Below are positions 1 to 12,710 of a stretch of 64,000 nucleotides of DNA, one piece after another. The DNA is from Octopus sinensis. Its lineage: Eukaryota. Position numbers and translations under genes: made by a program. The notes under the pieces were generated by a model that saw nothing but the letters and a program-made list of their open reading frames with translations, ran no database searches and had not been told where the DNA came from. The stretch spans positions 1,488,001 through 1,552,000 of the forward strand of contig NC_043020.1 of the NCBI RefSeq assembly GCF_006345805.1, in the 5' to 3' direction. Numbering within the stretch: the stretch's first letter is position 1; every line of letters begins with the position of its first letter.

Positions 1-260
1 ATTCCTTTATCGTAGACGGTGCGAGAAAATCGTTAAGCAATAGTTATTCTTGAGAAGATATGAAATAGAGAGTGAAGTGGAGGAATCCACGTCAATTTTC
101 ATTCCTCCACTTCACTCTCTACTTCACATCTTCTCTAGAATAACCATTTCCTCGCACTGTCTCCGATGAAGGGATATACAAAATATCCCCGAAACAGCTG
201 TAAGACCCTTTATTTATGATTGTTCTGAAATATTTCACACCCTTGGAGTCTTACCTCATT
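1..260 (+). mobile_element. Penelope-like element terminal fragment, arranged as an inverted pair, carrying a minimal hammerhead-like motif
   Basis: The reverse complement of 1-88 (attcctccacttcactctctatttcatatcttctcaagaataac...tcgcaccgtctacgataaagg) matches ~101-172 on +. The HHR-like motif is at 159-206, with a degenerate paralog at ~61860-62030. Inverted partial terminal copies plus minimal HHRs are established PLE features. Confidence 0.6.
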
Positions 261-323
261 CTGTTAATTTTTTAAATATATGATATATATATATGACATG
301 ATGTATATATATGTGATATTATT

Positions 324-724
324 TTATTCTTTTACTTGTTTCAGTCATTTAAATATGACCATGCTGGAGCACCGCCTTTAGTCGAGCAAATCGACACCAG
401 GACTTATTCTTTGTAAACTGAGTACTTAAACTATCGGTCACTTTTTGCCGTACCGCTAAGTTACGGGGACGTAAACACACCAGCATCGGTTGTCAAGCGA
501 TGTTGGGGGTGGGGGACAAGCACAGACACACAAACAGATACACACACATACATAGATATATACAAATATTCGACAGGCTTCTTTCAGTTTCTGCCTACCA
601 AATCCACTCACAAGGCTTTGGTCGGCCCGAGGCTATAGTAGAAGCCACTTGCCCAAGGTGCCACGCAGTGGGACTGAACCCGGAACCATGTGGGTGGTAA
701 GCAAGATACTTACCACACAGCCAC
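324..724 (-). mobile_element. SINE family B, near full length
   Basis: On minus: tRNA-like head gtggctgtgtggtaagtatcttgctt...ggttccgggttcagtccc, body ggcaccttgggcaagtg, internal (TA)/(TG) tract, tail ggtgctccagcatggtcatatttaaatgactgaaacaagtaaaaga. Same architecture as the copies at 33415 and 63468. Confidence 0.9.
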
Positions 725-773
725 ATATATAATTATATATACATGATATATATATATATATATATATATATAG

Positions 774-807
<34 letters not shown>

Positions 808-1085
808 ATATATAATATGATTATATGTATATATATATATATATGATAAATATGTATATATATATATATATATATGATATATCAATGATATACATATATA
901 TAAATGATATATATATTTATATATATATATGTATATATGATATATATATGATATATATATGATATATTATATATATATGTATGTATATGATATTATATAT
1001 ATATGTATATATATTATATATGTATATATATATATATATGTATGTATATATATATGTATATATATATATATATAGTATATATATG

Positions 1086-1155
<70 letters not shown>

Positions 1156-1165
1156 ATATATATGT
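725..1165. repeat. (AT)n-rich compound microsatellite
   Basis: Directly visible; source of the YI-repeat ORFs. Confidence 0.95.
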
Positions 1166-1559
1166 TATAAGCAGCTACAGTATAGCTACGCTGACATTAA
1201 AACTGCAGTAAACGCCGGGGTGATGCATTCGGCTAAAAATAAATTTCGATATCCCAACAGACATGTACGGAAGCATTTCAAAAGAAGATCGAATATCTGC
1301 ATTAGTCATCGGCAAATATTAGTTTTCTTAATAAATGATTGCTCCTTTTATTCAAATTTTAACTTGTTTATTTCATGCGTAGCAATATGACAACACCCAG
1401 GTCTTTATGCAATGAAGTATAAATAATTTTTAATGCCGAAACTCCTGCAATGAAGACGGATATGAATCGACAGATATTTAACTGCATTTTCCCCAAAGAT
1501 ATGCTTGAGTCGTTAAAAATCATTGAATGACATACAAACTATGCAAAAAAGAGAATCGC

Positions 1560-1760
1560 TCGCAATTTATTTTCTTCCGTCTTCGTTTCCTATTGAACAT
1601 CCTTCTGCTCCTTTTTCCGAAGAAGTGCTTTGCTCGAAATGTAAAACCCCCTTTCTTTCCTTCCATGAGCGTCTGCTAATACTTTACTTACATGTACCAC
1701 GTCCACACGTTGTTGATTTTTGTATTTGTTCTTCGTTTGCTTTTGGATTTACTATATATA
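1560..1760 (+). mobile_element. Short PLE-like terminal fragment with degenerate hammerhead-like motif, ending in (TA)n
   Basis: tttt CCGAAGA A gtgc ttt gctc GAAA tgta aaa at 1613-1646. T-rich end ttcttcgtttgcttttggattt then (TA)n, analogous to the family at 8545/20390/39232. Confidence 0.4.
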
Positions 1761-2134
1761 TATATATATATATATACCGAAAGCTGAACAGTTATCTCCC
1801 TTGCCCACAACAATAACAATAATAACGATAACCAACTTCCTCCCCTTATTTTTCTACTTGTGAAGTCAATCACTCGTAAATATCATCACAAACAACATGG
1901 ACAAAATTTCTTCTTAAGAAAATACATATTCAAATAAGTAAAACACAATATCATGAATAGCGATAGCGAAACCGGTCGATATGTTAAAAAGTATATTAAA
2001 ACTATGTAAAGTGAAGAAGAAGGCAGTCAGAATTTTGGATAATTATTAATGCTTTCGTCCGTTCAGTCGAGCTCTTCAGAATGGACGAAAGCACGAATAA
2101 AGAATTATCCAAAATCCTGACTGCCTTCTTTTGC

Positions 2135-3304
2135 TTAATATACAATATCTGTACACCACTTCAAAGACTCCATAAATAAGATCGAAGCTATCAACACCTG
2201 GGCGGATACACTCCTTAGATATGGAGCCGGGGTAATCGCATGGATAGTAGACGAACTAAACAGCTTAGACAGAAAGACAAAGAAGTTGCTAACTAGATAT
2301 GTGTCACTCCACCCAAAAAAATGACACAGATAGACTATATGCACCAAGAAAAAGAGGGGGAAGAGGACTTATTGAATGCGAACACAGCATTAGAGCAGAA
2401 GAAAACAATATAGCATGGTATATAAAAATGCCACAGAACCGCTATTATTAGAAGAAAGATGGTCAAGCTTGTGTAGGATGAAAGATTACAAAGATAAAGC
2501 ACTGTACAAGAAATTCAAAGAAAGAATGAAACTGAAAATAAGTGGGTATAGAAAAGAATGCATCGACAATTTCATAGGGATGTTGAAGATAAGACAGACA
2601 GAGAAAAAAAAATGGGTGTGGATAACTAAAAGTGATTTAAAACTGGACACGGGGGCTCTAATCTGTGCTGCTCAAGAGCAAGCACTAAGAACAGACTACA
2701 TAAAATACAGAACAGACAACACATCAGAAAGTGATAAGTGCAGTATCTGTGGGCAAAACGGTGAAACCATGTGGCATATTACCAGCCAATGTACGCCACT
2801 AGCCCAGAAGGAATATAAGAGACGCCACGACAAAATAGCCAGGCTTGTTCTTTGGGCACTCTATAACAACTATGGACTTGACAGAGCAAAAATTGTTACG
2901 ACCACCAACCTGAAGGCACCGTCGAAAATAGAAATGCAAAGATGCTATCGGATTTCATGATTCAGTGCGGCCATGAGATAGAGAATAGGAAACCGGATAT
3001 AGTGTTAATTGAGAAAGAAAACAAACTATGCTGAATCATAGATACAGCATGTCCTGTTGACAACAAGGTATGCGATAAGGAAGAAAGAAAAGTCGAGAGA
3101 TATAACTTAGCTTGGGAAGTTAAGCAGTTGTGGTTGATGAAAAAGGTAGCAGATATAGCAATAATTGTCGGAGCCCTAGGAACAATGAACAAAAATATCG
3201 AGAAGTATGTGGAACAAATAGGGGCTGCAATAAGGGTGGAGAACTTGCAGAAAACAGCACTGCTTGGAACCGCTCGAATACTCCGGAAGGTGCTCGAAAA
3301 ATAA
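2135..3304 (+). mobile_element. R4/Dong-type (REL endonuclease) non-LTR retrotransposon, 3' half, frameshifted
   Basis: Translates to RT thumb (AINTWADTLLRYGAG...RGLIECE), CCHC knuckle (CSICGQNGETMWHITSQC), RRHD motif, PD-(D/E)xK region (RKPDIVLIEKENKLC*IIDTACP) and IVGALG...LQKTALLGTARILRKVLEK* (TAA 3302-3304). Confidence 0.9.
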
Positions 3305-3339
3305 GAGTGAGAGAGAACAGTGCATGCCATCAAAGTGAT

Positions 3340-3745
3340 ACTGGGGTGCAAATATACAAAACCCAATATACCCTTCATAACTACCCGTCTGATAAGGGTA
3401 CACAAGGCACAAGCATCACAACCATAAGTGCGCGACATGGTGTTCTCATATCAAGATAAACTGCCTGACCCTGCTTCTGGTCGAGAAGCCTATCCCCTCA
3501 AAGGGTCTCTGAATAAGGGTTGTTTAAGGATGTTAAACGAAACACACATGTTTCCAAAGGTGAATTATCCAAACCCCAAAGAATTCCTGTCAACACATGG
3601 CTATGATACTCCCCAACTACTTCTGCTCGTGATCAGAGATGTAAATATCGTCAGCCACTAAGGGACAAGCTCAAGTGGTTAAGGTAAAAAAAACTGACAA
3701 GCATATCTGTGGCATTGAGCAGAATTTTTGCTGTAGCTCCGAATT
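3340..3745. mobile_element. Unclassified interspersed-repeat-like segment
   Basis: Complex non-coding segment directly after the R4 stop. It resembles, from memory only, a common cephalopod repeat; class not determined. Confidence 0.3.
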
Positions 3746-4167
3746 TGCCTGTCACTTGCTTAAGGTATCTTTGTGTTCCGATCTATGGATTACATTTTAT
3801 CGAATTTCTTAAAAACTGGATTACAATTTACGTGTGTTAATGCGAGGGATTATTTCTGAAGAAAGTGAAAGTTTTCATTGGTAGTTTTTTTCTGTCATAT
3901 TTATTGGTAATAAAGACATTTTAAAAATAGCTTCTTGATGACATTCAATGCAAAATGTCACCAAAACATGTCCACCTCCTCAACATATCAAAAAAAAAAA
4001 CAAAACATTTGCACCCGCAACTCATAAAATCTGAAAAATATGAATCAAAATACGAACTATAAAATGTTATGTGTCTGGTATTTCTGATACGAAATAAAAT
4101 TTTATTTGACAAATCGTCCAACAATAGCAACAACAATGGCTGCTATAGCAATACAGTTTTTTTACGC

Positions 4168-4526
<359 letters not shown>

Positions 4527-4683
4527 GCGGAGGCATGGCTGTATGGTAAGTAGCTTGCTTCACAACTACATGGTTTCGGGTTCATTCCTACTGCGTGGCA
4601 CCTTGGGCAAGTGTCTTTTACTATAGCCTCGAGCCGACTAAAGCCTTGTGAGTGGATTTGGTAGACGGAAACTGAAAGAAGTC
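4527..4683 (+). mobile_element. SINE B 5' part, interrupted by SINE A
   Basis: Head ggcatggctgtatggtaagtagcttgc...ggcaccttgggcaagtgtc...ggaaactgaaagaagtc. Confidence 0.85.
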
Positions 4684-4916
4684 AAAGCGGCGAGCTGGCA
4701 GAAACGTTAGCACGCCGGGCGAAATGCTTTGTGGTATTTCATCTGCTGTTACGTTCTGAGTTCAAATTCCGCCGAGGTCGACTTTGCCTTCCATCCTTTC
4801 GGGGTCGATTAAATAAGTACTAGTTACGCACTAGGGTCAATATAATCGACTTAATCCGTTTGTCTGCCCTTGTTTGTCCCTTCTGTGTTTAGCCCCTTGT
4901 TGGCAATAAAGAAATA
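4684..4916 (+). mobile_element. SINE family A (tail i) with 17-bp TSD
   Basis: gcggcgagctggcagaaacgttagc (A-box-like), gagttcaaattcc (B box), core gaggtcgactttgccttccatcctttcggggtcga. TSD ggaaactga(a/g)agaagtc at 4667-4683 and 4917-4933. Confidence 0.92.
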
Positions 4917-5095
4917 GGAAACTGAGAGAAGTCCAGCAGATATATATATATATATATATATAATATATTATATATATAATATATAATATATATATATATA
5001 TATCCGTAATCCCTTTTAGAGAAGAAATAGCTATACCCTTTGACTGCTATTTCTAAATTCGGTATGTGGTAAGGCATTCGTTGCTGAACCCTTAT

Positions 5096-5136
<41 letters not shown>

Positions 5137-5325
5137 GGCAGTCATCTAAAAGTTTTTGTTCGTCATGAGCGACATAAGTTACTTGTCTTTCCTGATGAGA
5201 AGACGGCATAATGCACCCTTTATTCCTTCCGAATTAGAATATGCAGTCTTTCGAACATATGTCGAGAATTTAAGGAATTTTGTTAAATCGTCGTCCAACT
5301 CCATTCTTTCATTATCTATCTATCT

Positions 5326-5394
<69 letters not shown>

Positions 5395-5499
5395 ATATAT
5401 ATATTATATATATATATTATATATATATATATAAAACGAAATTAATTTGTGTAAAAATTAATGAGAAGTGTACTGCATCTAATGAGAGTCTAATATTAC

Positions 5500-7030
5500 T
5501 ATAAATGCTTCATACTATATGCTACTAATACCTGCATGTACCTTCATCAGGGGCTGGCTTACGTTTAAATAGAGGAGAGGTGTGAAGTGATACGTAGGCA
5601 CAACTTTCCTAATAGAAGATTCCACCAAGACGGCTGAATGAATAATAAAAAAAAGACAAAAGGAAAATTTTTTTAATAAATAAATGAATAAAAGTTATAT
5701 ATAAAAATATTAGAAGGTATGTCTGACCAGCAAGGGGAAGCAGCTGACCTCCCCTGTTTGAAGGTTATAATGGACACAGGTTTGTGTGTCACATAGCTAG
5801 TCAGAGGTGATGGCCTTTTGGAGCTAATCAACGGCAGCTTTTGTCTTATATTTATGGACTACCATATTAGCTTGGCGATAACTATTAATATTAGAAGGTA
5901 TATTAATAGTATTAAAATATATTAAAATATAATTTTAGAAAATTATAAATGCGCGAATGAACATGAAAAACAGTACAATGAAAATACAAAATATAAATAT
6001 AAATATATAAAATATGAAATTATATTATATATACAAAGACTCTAAAGAGATCAAAGACAATACAAACTCATGCATATACAAAGCCACACACAATACGCAC
6101 TCTATAAAAAGTATATTAAATATACATTACAAATAAATATATATAAAACGTGAAATAGAAGCGGAAAAATTGGATATAAAATGAAACGACGGGGTGGAAA
6201 AATTTTAACTGTTGATATAACTCGACGCTGTTACATTTGTATCCTAAGCGTTATGGAAAATGCGAAAAAGTAAAATAAAATTAGAAAAATTAGAAAAAAA
6301 CTTAATTAAAAAAAATTAATCTGAGAAAATAGTTTTTAGAAAAAATTTGGTCCGACCAGTATCAGTGGAATCTTCCAATTTTTTAAAGAATATATTTAGA
6401 CGTATGTTTGCACCTACTGAATATTTCTGATCTTGAGTTCAAAATAGAGTTCAGAATTTTAGATCTGATTAGAATTTGCAACCTTTCGGCCAAGCAAAGC
6501 CTACATTTATTGGATCCATTCATCTATGGATTCGACTTTTCTATTATTTTCCATCTAATAATATATGGAATATTGTTCATTTTCAGTGCCCAAATATGGC
6601 TCGCCAACTTTGTAGCTCTACTCTTCTCACTATGACAGAAGGATGTCATATGATTGGTATACCGTTTTTTAAAATTCCCTTTGCATAGTCCAATGTAGGT
6701 TTTCTTATCAGTTTAAATCGCTGTTACTAATGTTTGCAGAGACCTCTGTCCCGTATACGATGGACTTAGTTAAATACTGTTAATCTAGCGGACAGGATTC
6801 TGTATTACGACACTTACAGCCTGGGTTCGCCTCTTGCTGGCTCCTGCGGTTGATAATATTCTTCATGTTAAGTCAGCAGCTGTACGATAATTTAACAGGA
6901 TTTCTGTTAAATATCTTCCTGTATCTATGTCCTACAGGAGAGTGCTTATCTAAGGGTGTCAGAAAATTCTTTTTACCGATATTCGATTTTACGCTTAAAG
7001 AAAAACACGGGCAAACCAAATAACCTTTTT
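5500..7030 (-). mobile_element. Penelope-like element relic: C-terminal ORF with GIY-YIG endonuclease plus 3' region
   Basis: Manual minus-strand translation with frameshifts and stops: KVIWF..SVKSNIGKK..DKHSPVGHRYRKIFNRNPVKLSYSC*LNMKNII..CKCRNTESCPL..SIVY..KTYIGLCKGNFKKRYTNHMTSF..TKLASHIWALK..WKIIEKS..SNKCRLCLAERLQIL..SRSEIFSRCKH..* (stop 6383-6385). The 3' boundary is approximate. Confidence 0.85.
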
Positions 7031-7289
7031 TGATCTGTTTTTAGAATACTTTTTTATGGTGTTGCCCTTTATTATGGACCTCACCATTCCCATTACTATT
7101 ATTATAGGTAGAAGACGTCATATACACCAATTTTTGATTGAAACCACTATTGGCTAACACTAGTATAAAATGGAGCAGCCTTCTCGAAAGTTTCCCCAGA
7201 GGACGAGAGATTAGACACTCTCTTGCTAATATTTTTACCACTAGATTTTTAATATATACACACACATATGGGCCAACACTTTCCCACCC

Positions 7290-7428
7290 CCACCCCTGAT
7301 GGAAAGTGTGGACTGGAGCAATGTGAAATGAAGTACTTTGCTTCAGAACATAACGCGCCACCCGGTCTGGGAATCGAATCCACGATCTAGCGATCGTGAG
7401 TGTAACGCCCTAAGACTTAGGCCACGCA

Positions 7429-7432
<4 letters not shown>
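7290..7432 (-). mobile_element. SINE family D (tRNA head plus CORE-like segment), partial
   Basis: Minus: gcgtggcctaagtcttagggcg..ggattcgattcccagacc..gttctgaagcaaagtacttcatttcacattgctccagtccac. Confidence 0.75.
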
Positions 7433-7475
<43 letters not shown>

Positions 7476-7482
7476 CACACAC

Positions 7483-7557
<75 letters not shown>

Positions 7558-7877
7558 TACACACACTCACTCACACGTATTTATGCGTTTGTATTCGACT
7601 GTGTGTTTGAATGTAGCTTTACACATTTCCCTCACTATATCCATATCCATGTACATATTTCTTCATCTCACAGAAGCGTATTTACTCTCAAACAATAACC
7701 TTAGTGAAATAGCTGAACTTATAGAAAGACTTTCATATTTGTATTGTACCACTAATTAAGAAGACGGAGTTATTTGGCTCAACTGTCAAATCTGGCTGTT
7801 CATTTTTTTCCTTTCTTTGGAGTCTTTTACTAACATCTCTTTGTTTAGTCGTTTTTATTTTCACATCTTTCGTTCTC

Positions 7878-7965
<88 letters not shown>

Positions 7966-7980
7966 ATATCTATATATCTA

Positions 7981-8032
<52 letters not shown>

Positions 8033-8265
8033 CCTATCTATCTGTCTATCTATCTACCTATCTGACTGTCTGTCAGCCTATCTATCTATCTATACATACA
8101 TACATACATACATACATAATACATACTTACATACATACATACATACATACATTCATACATACATACATACATATATGTATACATACACGCACACACACAC
8201 ATACATACACACATACATACATACACACATACATACATACACACATACATACATACACACATAAT
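7432..8265. repeat. (CA)n, (ATCT)n and (ATAC)n microsatellite cluster with short unique spacer
   Basis: Directly visible at ~7432-7575 and ~7878-8265. Confidence 0.9.
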
Positions 8266-8399
8266 CATTTATATATTAATATTTCTAAAATCTGGCCATT
8301 ATACACAAAAATGGGATATTAATGGTTGAAGTTTGTATATATCATCATTATCAGATGAAATGACACACATGCTTGTACAAATCCAAGTATATATCAATC

Positions 8400-8665
8400 T
8401 TCGTAAACTGGTTAAAGTATGACAAAGCACATACAATCCCCTTCTTCCTAGCTCTCTTATCTGACCCTTCTATCCGGCAATCGCCATGATAGATCGCTAG
8501 CCATTTAAATTTTTTCATTTTCTTTCTCTGTTTATTTCTGTGTTCTTTTCGGTTGAAGAGCGTAGGCTCGAAACATAAAAGACTCTCCTACTTCCCGAGC
8601 GTTAAATTAATGCATCTGTTTGTTGTTTACACACCCGTCTTCGTCTTTTGTTCTTTTCGTAAATT

Positions 8666-8672
<7 letters not shown>
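8400..8672 (+). mobile_element. PLE-like terminal fragment (family also at 20390-20525 and 39232-39337 on minus)
   Basis: Shared sequence gaagagcgtaggctcgaaacataaaagac...catctgtttg..tacac..cc.gtcttcgtcttttgtt..ttcgt(a/g)aa across three loci; HHR-like fold. Confidence 0.55.
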
Positions 8673-8746
<74 letters not shown>

Positions 8747-8941
8747 CACATAAACACATACGCACACACATATGTGTATATAATTCTACATGCACACGCA
8801 TATTTATCTCGTTTCCTATACATACATACATACATACATACATACATACATACATGCATGCATATATATGTATATATATGTATATATATGTATATGTATA
8901 TATGTGTATATGTATATGTCATGTACGTATGTATGTATGCA

Positions 8942-8979
<38 letters not shown>

Positions 8980-8984
8980 TACAA

Positions 8985-10103
8985 ACACCCCACCCAGATG
9001 TCTGGGCGTCCTGCTACTGCCACTAGCGGGGAAAACATTGATCGTGTTCATTACCTGGTGGTGGATGACAGGCAATTGACAATAAATCAAATAACCAATG
9101 CTATTAGAATATATCCCGTGAGAGAATTGAGAACATTCAACACAATGAACCTGGCATGACGATCGTTTCTGCTTGGTAACCGCCACGTCTTCTGACGCCT
9201 GATCAAAAGCGCACCGGGCCGATCACAAAAAAATGGCACATTGTTTCTGGCAGCTCCAGCTTGTTTCCTTGAACGTTTCCTAACCCAGAGTGATTGTTAG
9301 CATCATCACTTTCAGCCAGAGACAAAGACAGAATCCGTGCAGTGGGAACGCCCCGCCTCACCGGCTCCAAATAAAGCTAAGGTATATTTCTTTACTACCC
9401 ACAATGAGGACTACCCACAGAGAGGACAAACAAGGACAGACAAACAGATTAAGTCGATTATATCGACCCCGGTGCGTAACTGGTATTTAATTTATCGACC
9501 CCGAAAGGATTAAAGGCAAAGTCGACCTCGGCGGAATTTGAACTCAGAACGCAACGGCAGACGAAATACGGCTACGCATATCGCCCGTCGTGCTAACGTT
9601 TCTGCCAGCTCGCCGCCTTAACATAAATAAAGCTAAGGTAGTTTCATCTGCTGAGAAGGTGATGGCTTCAGTGTTTGGGGATGTAAAAGCATTGTGTTTA
9701 TTGGCTGTCTTCAAAAAAGCCACACCACCAATGGAGAGTACTACGCCCACCTGCTGAGGCAGTTACGAAAGGCTATCGAAACGAAACGCTCAGGAAACTT
9801 AATGGAACAGGTGTCGTTTCATCAGGAGAATTCTCCAGCACACAAGTCCTTGGTTTAAACGGATGCTGTGTGTGACTGTAGCTTTGTACCTGATGATCAA
9901 CCTCCCAATTTTCCTTATTTGACCCCGCCCATCCCGCATCTGATTACCATCTGTTCTCCAGCATGAAAAAGCATTTGGCCGGGGACCAGTATCGCAGTGA
10001 TGATAACGTCATATCGGTCGCTGATGGCTGTTTTTGACCAACAAGATGGAAACGTCTTCACGAATGGGATCCAAGCACTGCAACACCAATGGAGGAAGTG
10101 TGC
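8985..10103 (+). mobile_element. mariner transposase pseudogene, interrupted by SINE A
   Basis: [96 protein letters not shown]; multiple frameshifts. Confidence 0.85.
9385..9624 (-). mobile_element. SINE A (tail i) with perfect 16-bp TSD
   Basis: TSD aaataaagctaaggta at 9369-9384 and 9625-9640. Confidence 0.93.
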
Positions 10104-10249
10104 CGAGGTCGATAAAGTAAATACCGGCTGAGCACCAGGGTCGATTTTATCGAATTAGTCCCTTCTCCCGAAAATATCCGGCATTGTGACACAATTTGAA
10201 AATAATATAAAACAAGACAGTATTTCCATGTTATGTTGTGGTTTCACTG

Positions 10250-10572
10250 ACATTCCGTCGGTTGCAAAGACGAGGGCTCCAGTAGATCCAATCAACGGAA
10301 CAGCTTGCTCCTAAAAATAACGTGCAGGTGCCTGAGCACTCCACAGACTTGCATACCATTAACATAGTTCTCTCGAAGATTCAGCGTGACACAGAATGTA
10401 ACAAAATTGGCCCTTTGAACTGCAAGTACTACTTACTTTTGCCAGGTGAGTGAACTGGAAAAACATAAAATAACTGTGCCTTTGTCAAGGACACAAGGCG
10501 TCGCTAGATATCAATCTCACAACCTTATGGCTGTGAGGCGAATACCCTAACCACCTAGCCATCTGCCTTCAA
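10250..10572 (-). mobile_element. SINE D with tail T
   Basis: Tail T hairpin ccagtagatccaatcaacggaac; CORE-like ttttgccaggtgagtgaactgga; head ccctaaccacctagccatctgccttc. Confidence 0.75.
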
Positions 10573-10854
10573 CTTGGGGAATAACTATGTCATTACTCAC
10601 CACGTTATAAAATAAACCTAATTTGGTCATATTCCATGAAGGTATGTTGGTCAGCCTATGAACACTTCAGCCGATCGGTCAGTGAGAGGCGTGCACAGCT
10701 TTACAAAATACCAATAGTTAATAACGTGGTGTGATAGTGTTGATATGCTTTTGTGTTTAGCTCAAGGTCAAGCTTATGACTAACAGATCTCCACTCGTGA
10801 CTATCCTGTCTTTTTAGAGAGTCCAACTATGTCTGTAGTATCTAATCTGTTATC

Positions 10855-11035
10855 CATTACTTGTTTTAGTCATTGCACTACGGCTATCCTGGGGCACTGA
10901 CTTGAAGAGTTTTAGTCGAGCGAATCGACCCCAGTATTAATATTTTCATAGCTTTGTCAGAATCGCTACGTTACAGAGATGTAAACAAACCAACACCGGT
11001 TGTCAAGCAGTGACGAGGGACCAGCACACACACAC
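10855..11035 (-). mobile_element. SINE B 3' fragment, degenerate
   Basis: tacttgttttagtcattgcac..gagttttagtcgagcgaatcgacccc..ccggttgtcaagc. Confidence 0.7.
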
Positions 11036-11064
11036 ACTCACACACACACACACACACACACACA

Positions 11065-11660
11065 AAGGCGGCGAGCTGGCAGAATCGTTAGCACGCCGGG
11101 CGAAATGCTTAGCAGTATTTCGTCTGCAGCTACGTTCAGAGTTCAATTTCCGCCGAGGTCGACTTTACCTTTCATCCTTTCGGGGTCGATTAAATAAGTA
11201 CCAGTTACGCACTGGGGTCGATATAGTCGACTTAATCCGTGTGTCTGTCCTTGTTTATCCTCTCTGTGTTTAGCCCCTTGTGGGTAGTAAAGAAATAGGT
11301 ATTTCGTCTGCTGTTACGTTCTGAGTTCAAATTCCGCCGAGGTCGACTTTATCTTTCATCCTTTCGGGGTCGATAAATTAAGTACCAGTTACCCACTGGG
11401 GTCAATGTAATCGACTTAATCCTGTTGTCTGTCCTTGTTTGACCTCTCTGTGTTTAGCCCCTTGTGGGTAATAAATAAGAATCATTAGTACGCCGGGGTA
11501 AAATACTTAGTGATATTTCGTTCGATTTTTCGTTCTACCACAGTAGACTTTACCCTTCACCCTTTCGAGGTCGATAGAGTAAATACCGGCTGAGCACCGG
11601 GGTCGATTTTATCGAATTAGTCCCTTCTCCCGAAAATTTCTGGCATTGTGACACAATTTG
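11065..11660 (+). mobile_element. SINE A dimer (head + unit + headless unit) followed by older A-type copy with tail ii
   Basis: Junction aaagaaata|ggtatttcg at 11297|11298. Second junction aataaata|agaatcattagtacgccggg at ~11477. Ends with tail ii ctggcattgtgacacaatttgaaa. Confidence 0.88.
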
Positions 11661-11819
11661 AAAATAATATGGAAATAGACAGGATTTTCGTGTTATGTTG
11701 TGGTTTCACTGACATTCCGTCGGTTGCAAAGACGAGGGCTCCAGTAGATCCAATCAACGGAACAACTTGCTCCTAAAAATAACGTGCAGGTGCCTGAGCA
11801 CTCCACAGACTTGCATACC

Positions 11820-12055
11820 TATTTCTATTTCTTTATTGCCCACAAGGGGCTAAACACAGAGGGGACAAACAAGGACAGACATAGGTTTTAAGTCGATTAC
11901 ATCGACCCCAGTGCGTAACTGGTACTTAATCTATCGACCCCGAAAGGATGAAAGGCAAAGTCGACCTCGGCGGAATTTGAACTCACAACGTAACGCAGAC
12001 GAAATACCGCTAAGCATTTCGCCCGGCGTGCTAACGTTTCTGCCAGCTCGCCGCC
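11820..12055 (-). mobile_element. SINE A inserted in tail T of a duplicated SINE D
   Basis: 15-bp TSD acagacttgcata(c/t)c at 11805-11819 and 12056-12070; empty paralogous site at ~10344-10358. Confidence 0.93.
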
Positions 12056-12710
12056 ACAGACTTGCATATCATTGACATAGCTCTCTCGAAGATTCAGCGT
12101 GACACAGAATGTAACAAAATTGGCCCTTTGAAATGCAAGTACTACTCATTTTTGCCAGGTGAGTGAACTGGAAAAACATAAAATAACTGTGCCTTTCTGA
12201 AGGACACAAGGAGCCGCTGGGTATCAATCTCACAACCTTATGGCTGTGAGGCGAATACCCTAACCCCCTAACCATCTGCCTTCAACTTGAGAGGAATAAC
12301 TATGTCATTACTCACCACATCATATCAAGAGTTTCTTGTTAAGTAATCTTCCAAACACAACTTATTGTAGGCGTCTTCAGAAAACTGTGAAACTAAATAT
12401 TAAGGTATGGCTCAGTAATTACCAAGGGTTTGGATATATAAATTTAAACCAAGCTCAGATTACTGATAGCTTCTATTATAATCTAGTACTAGATTAAAAC
12501 AAATGCTACTATTATAATCCAGCCATAGTTAAGTCCATACCTGGTTGTGCGATCTGATAGAAATACTAGCCAAATCTTTTTCATGCCACTTCTTGAAAAA
12601 AAGAAAAGGAAGGTTACATCCAGTAGGCTAGCTCTAAATATATTAAGCTTTATAAAAAGATATTACATCAAAATATCACAGATAGGGTTGTTTTAGGTTT
12701 GTCTACACAT

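Noticed and set aside
2045-2082. Hammerhead on minus (CUGAAGA...GAAAGC)
   Set aside because: Stem II (GCUC/GGAC) and stem III do not pair properly; kept only as a fold-back.
5500-5552. CUGAUGA A GG at the 3' end of the GIY-YIG Penelope relic
   Set aside because: No recognisable GAAA half or stem III downstream.
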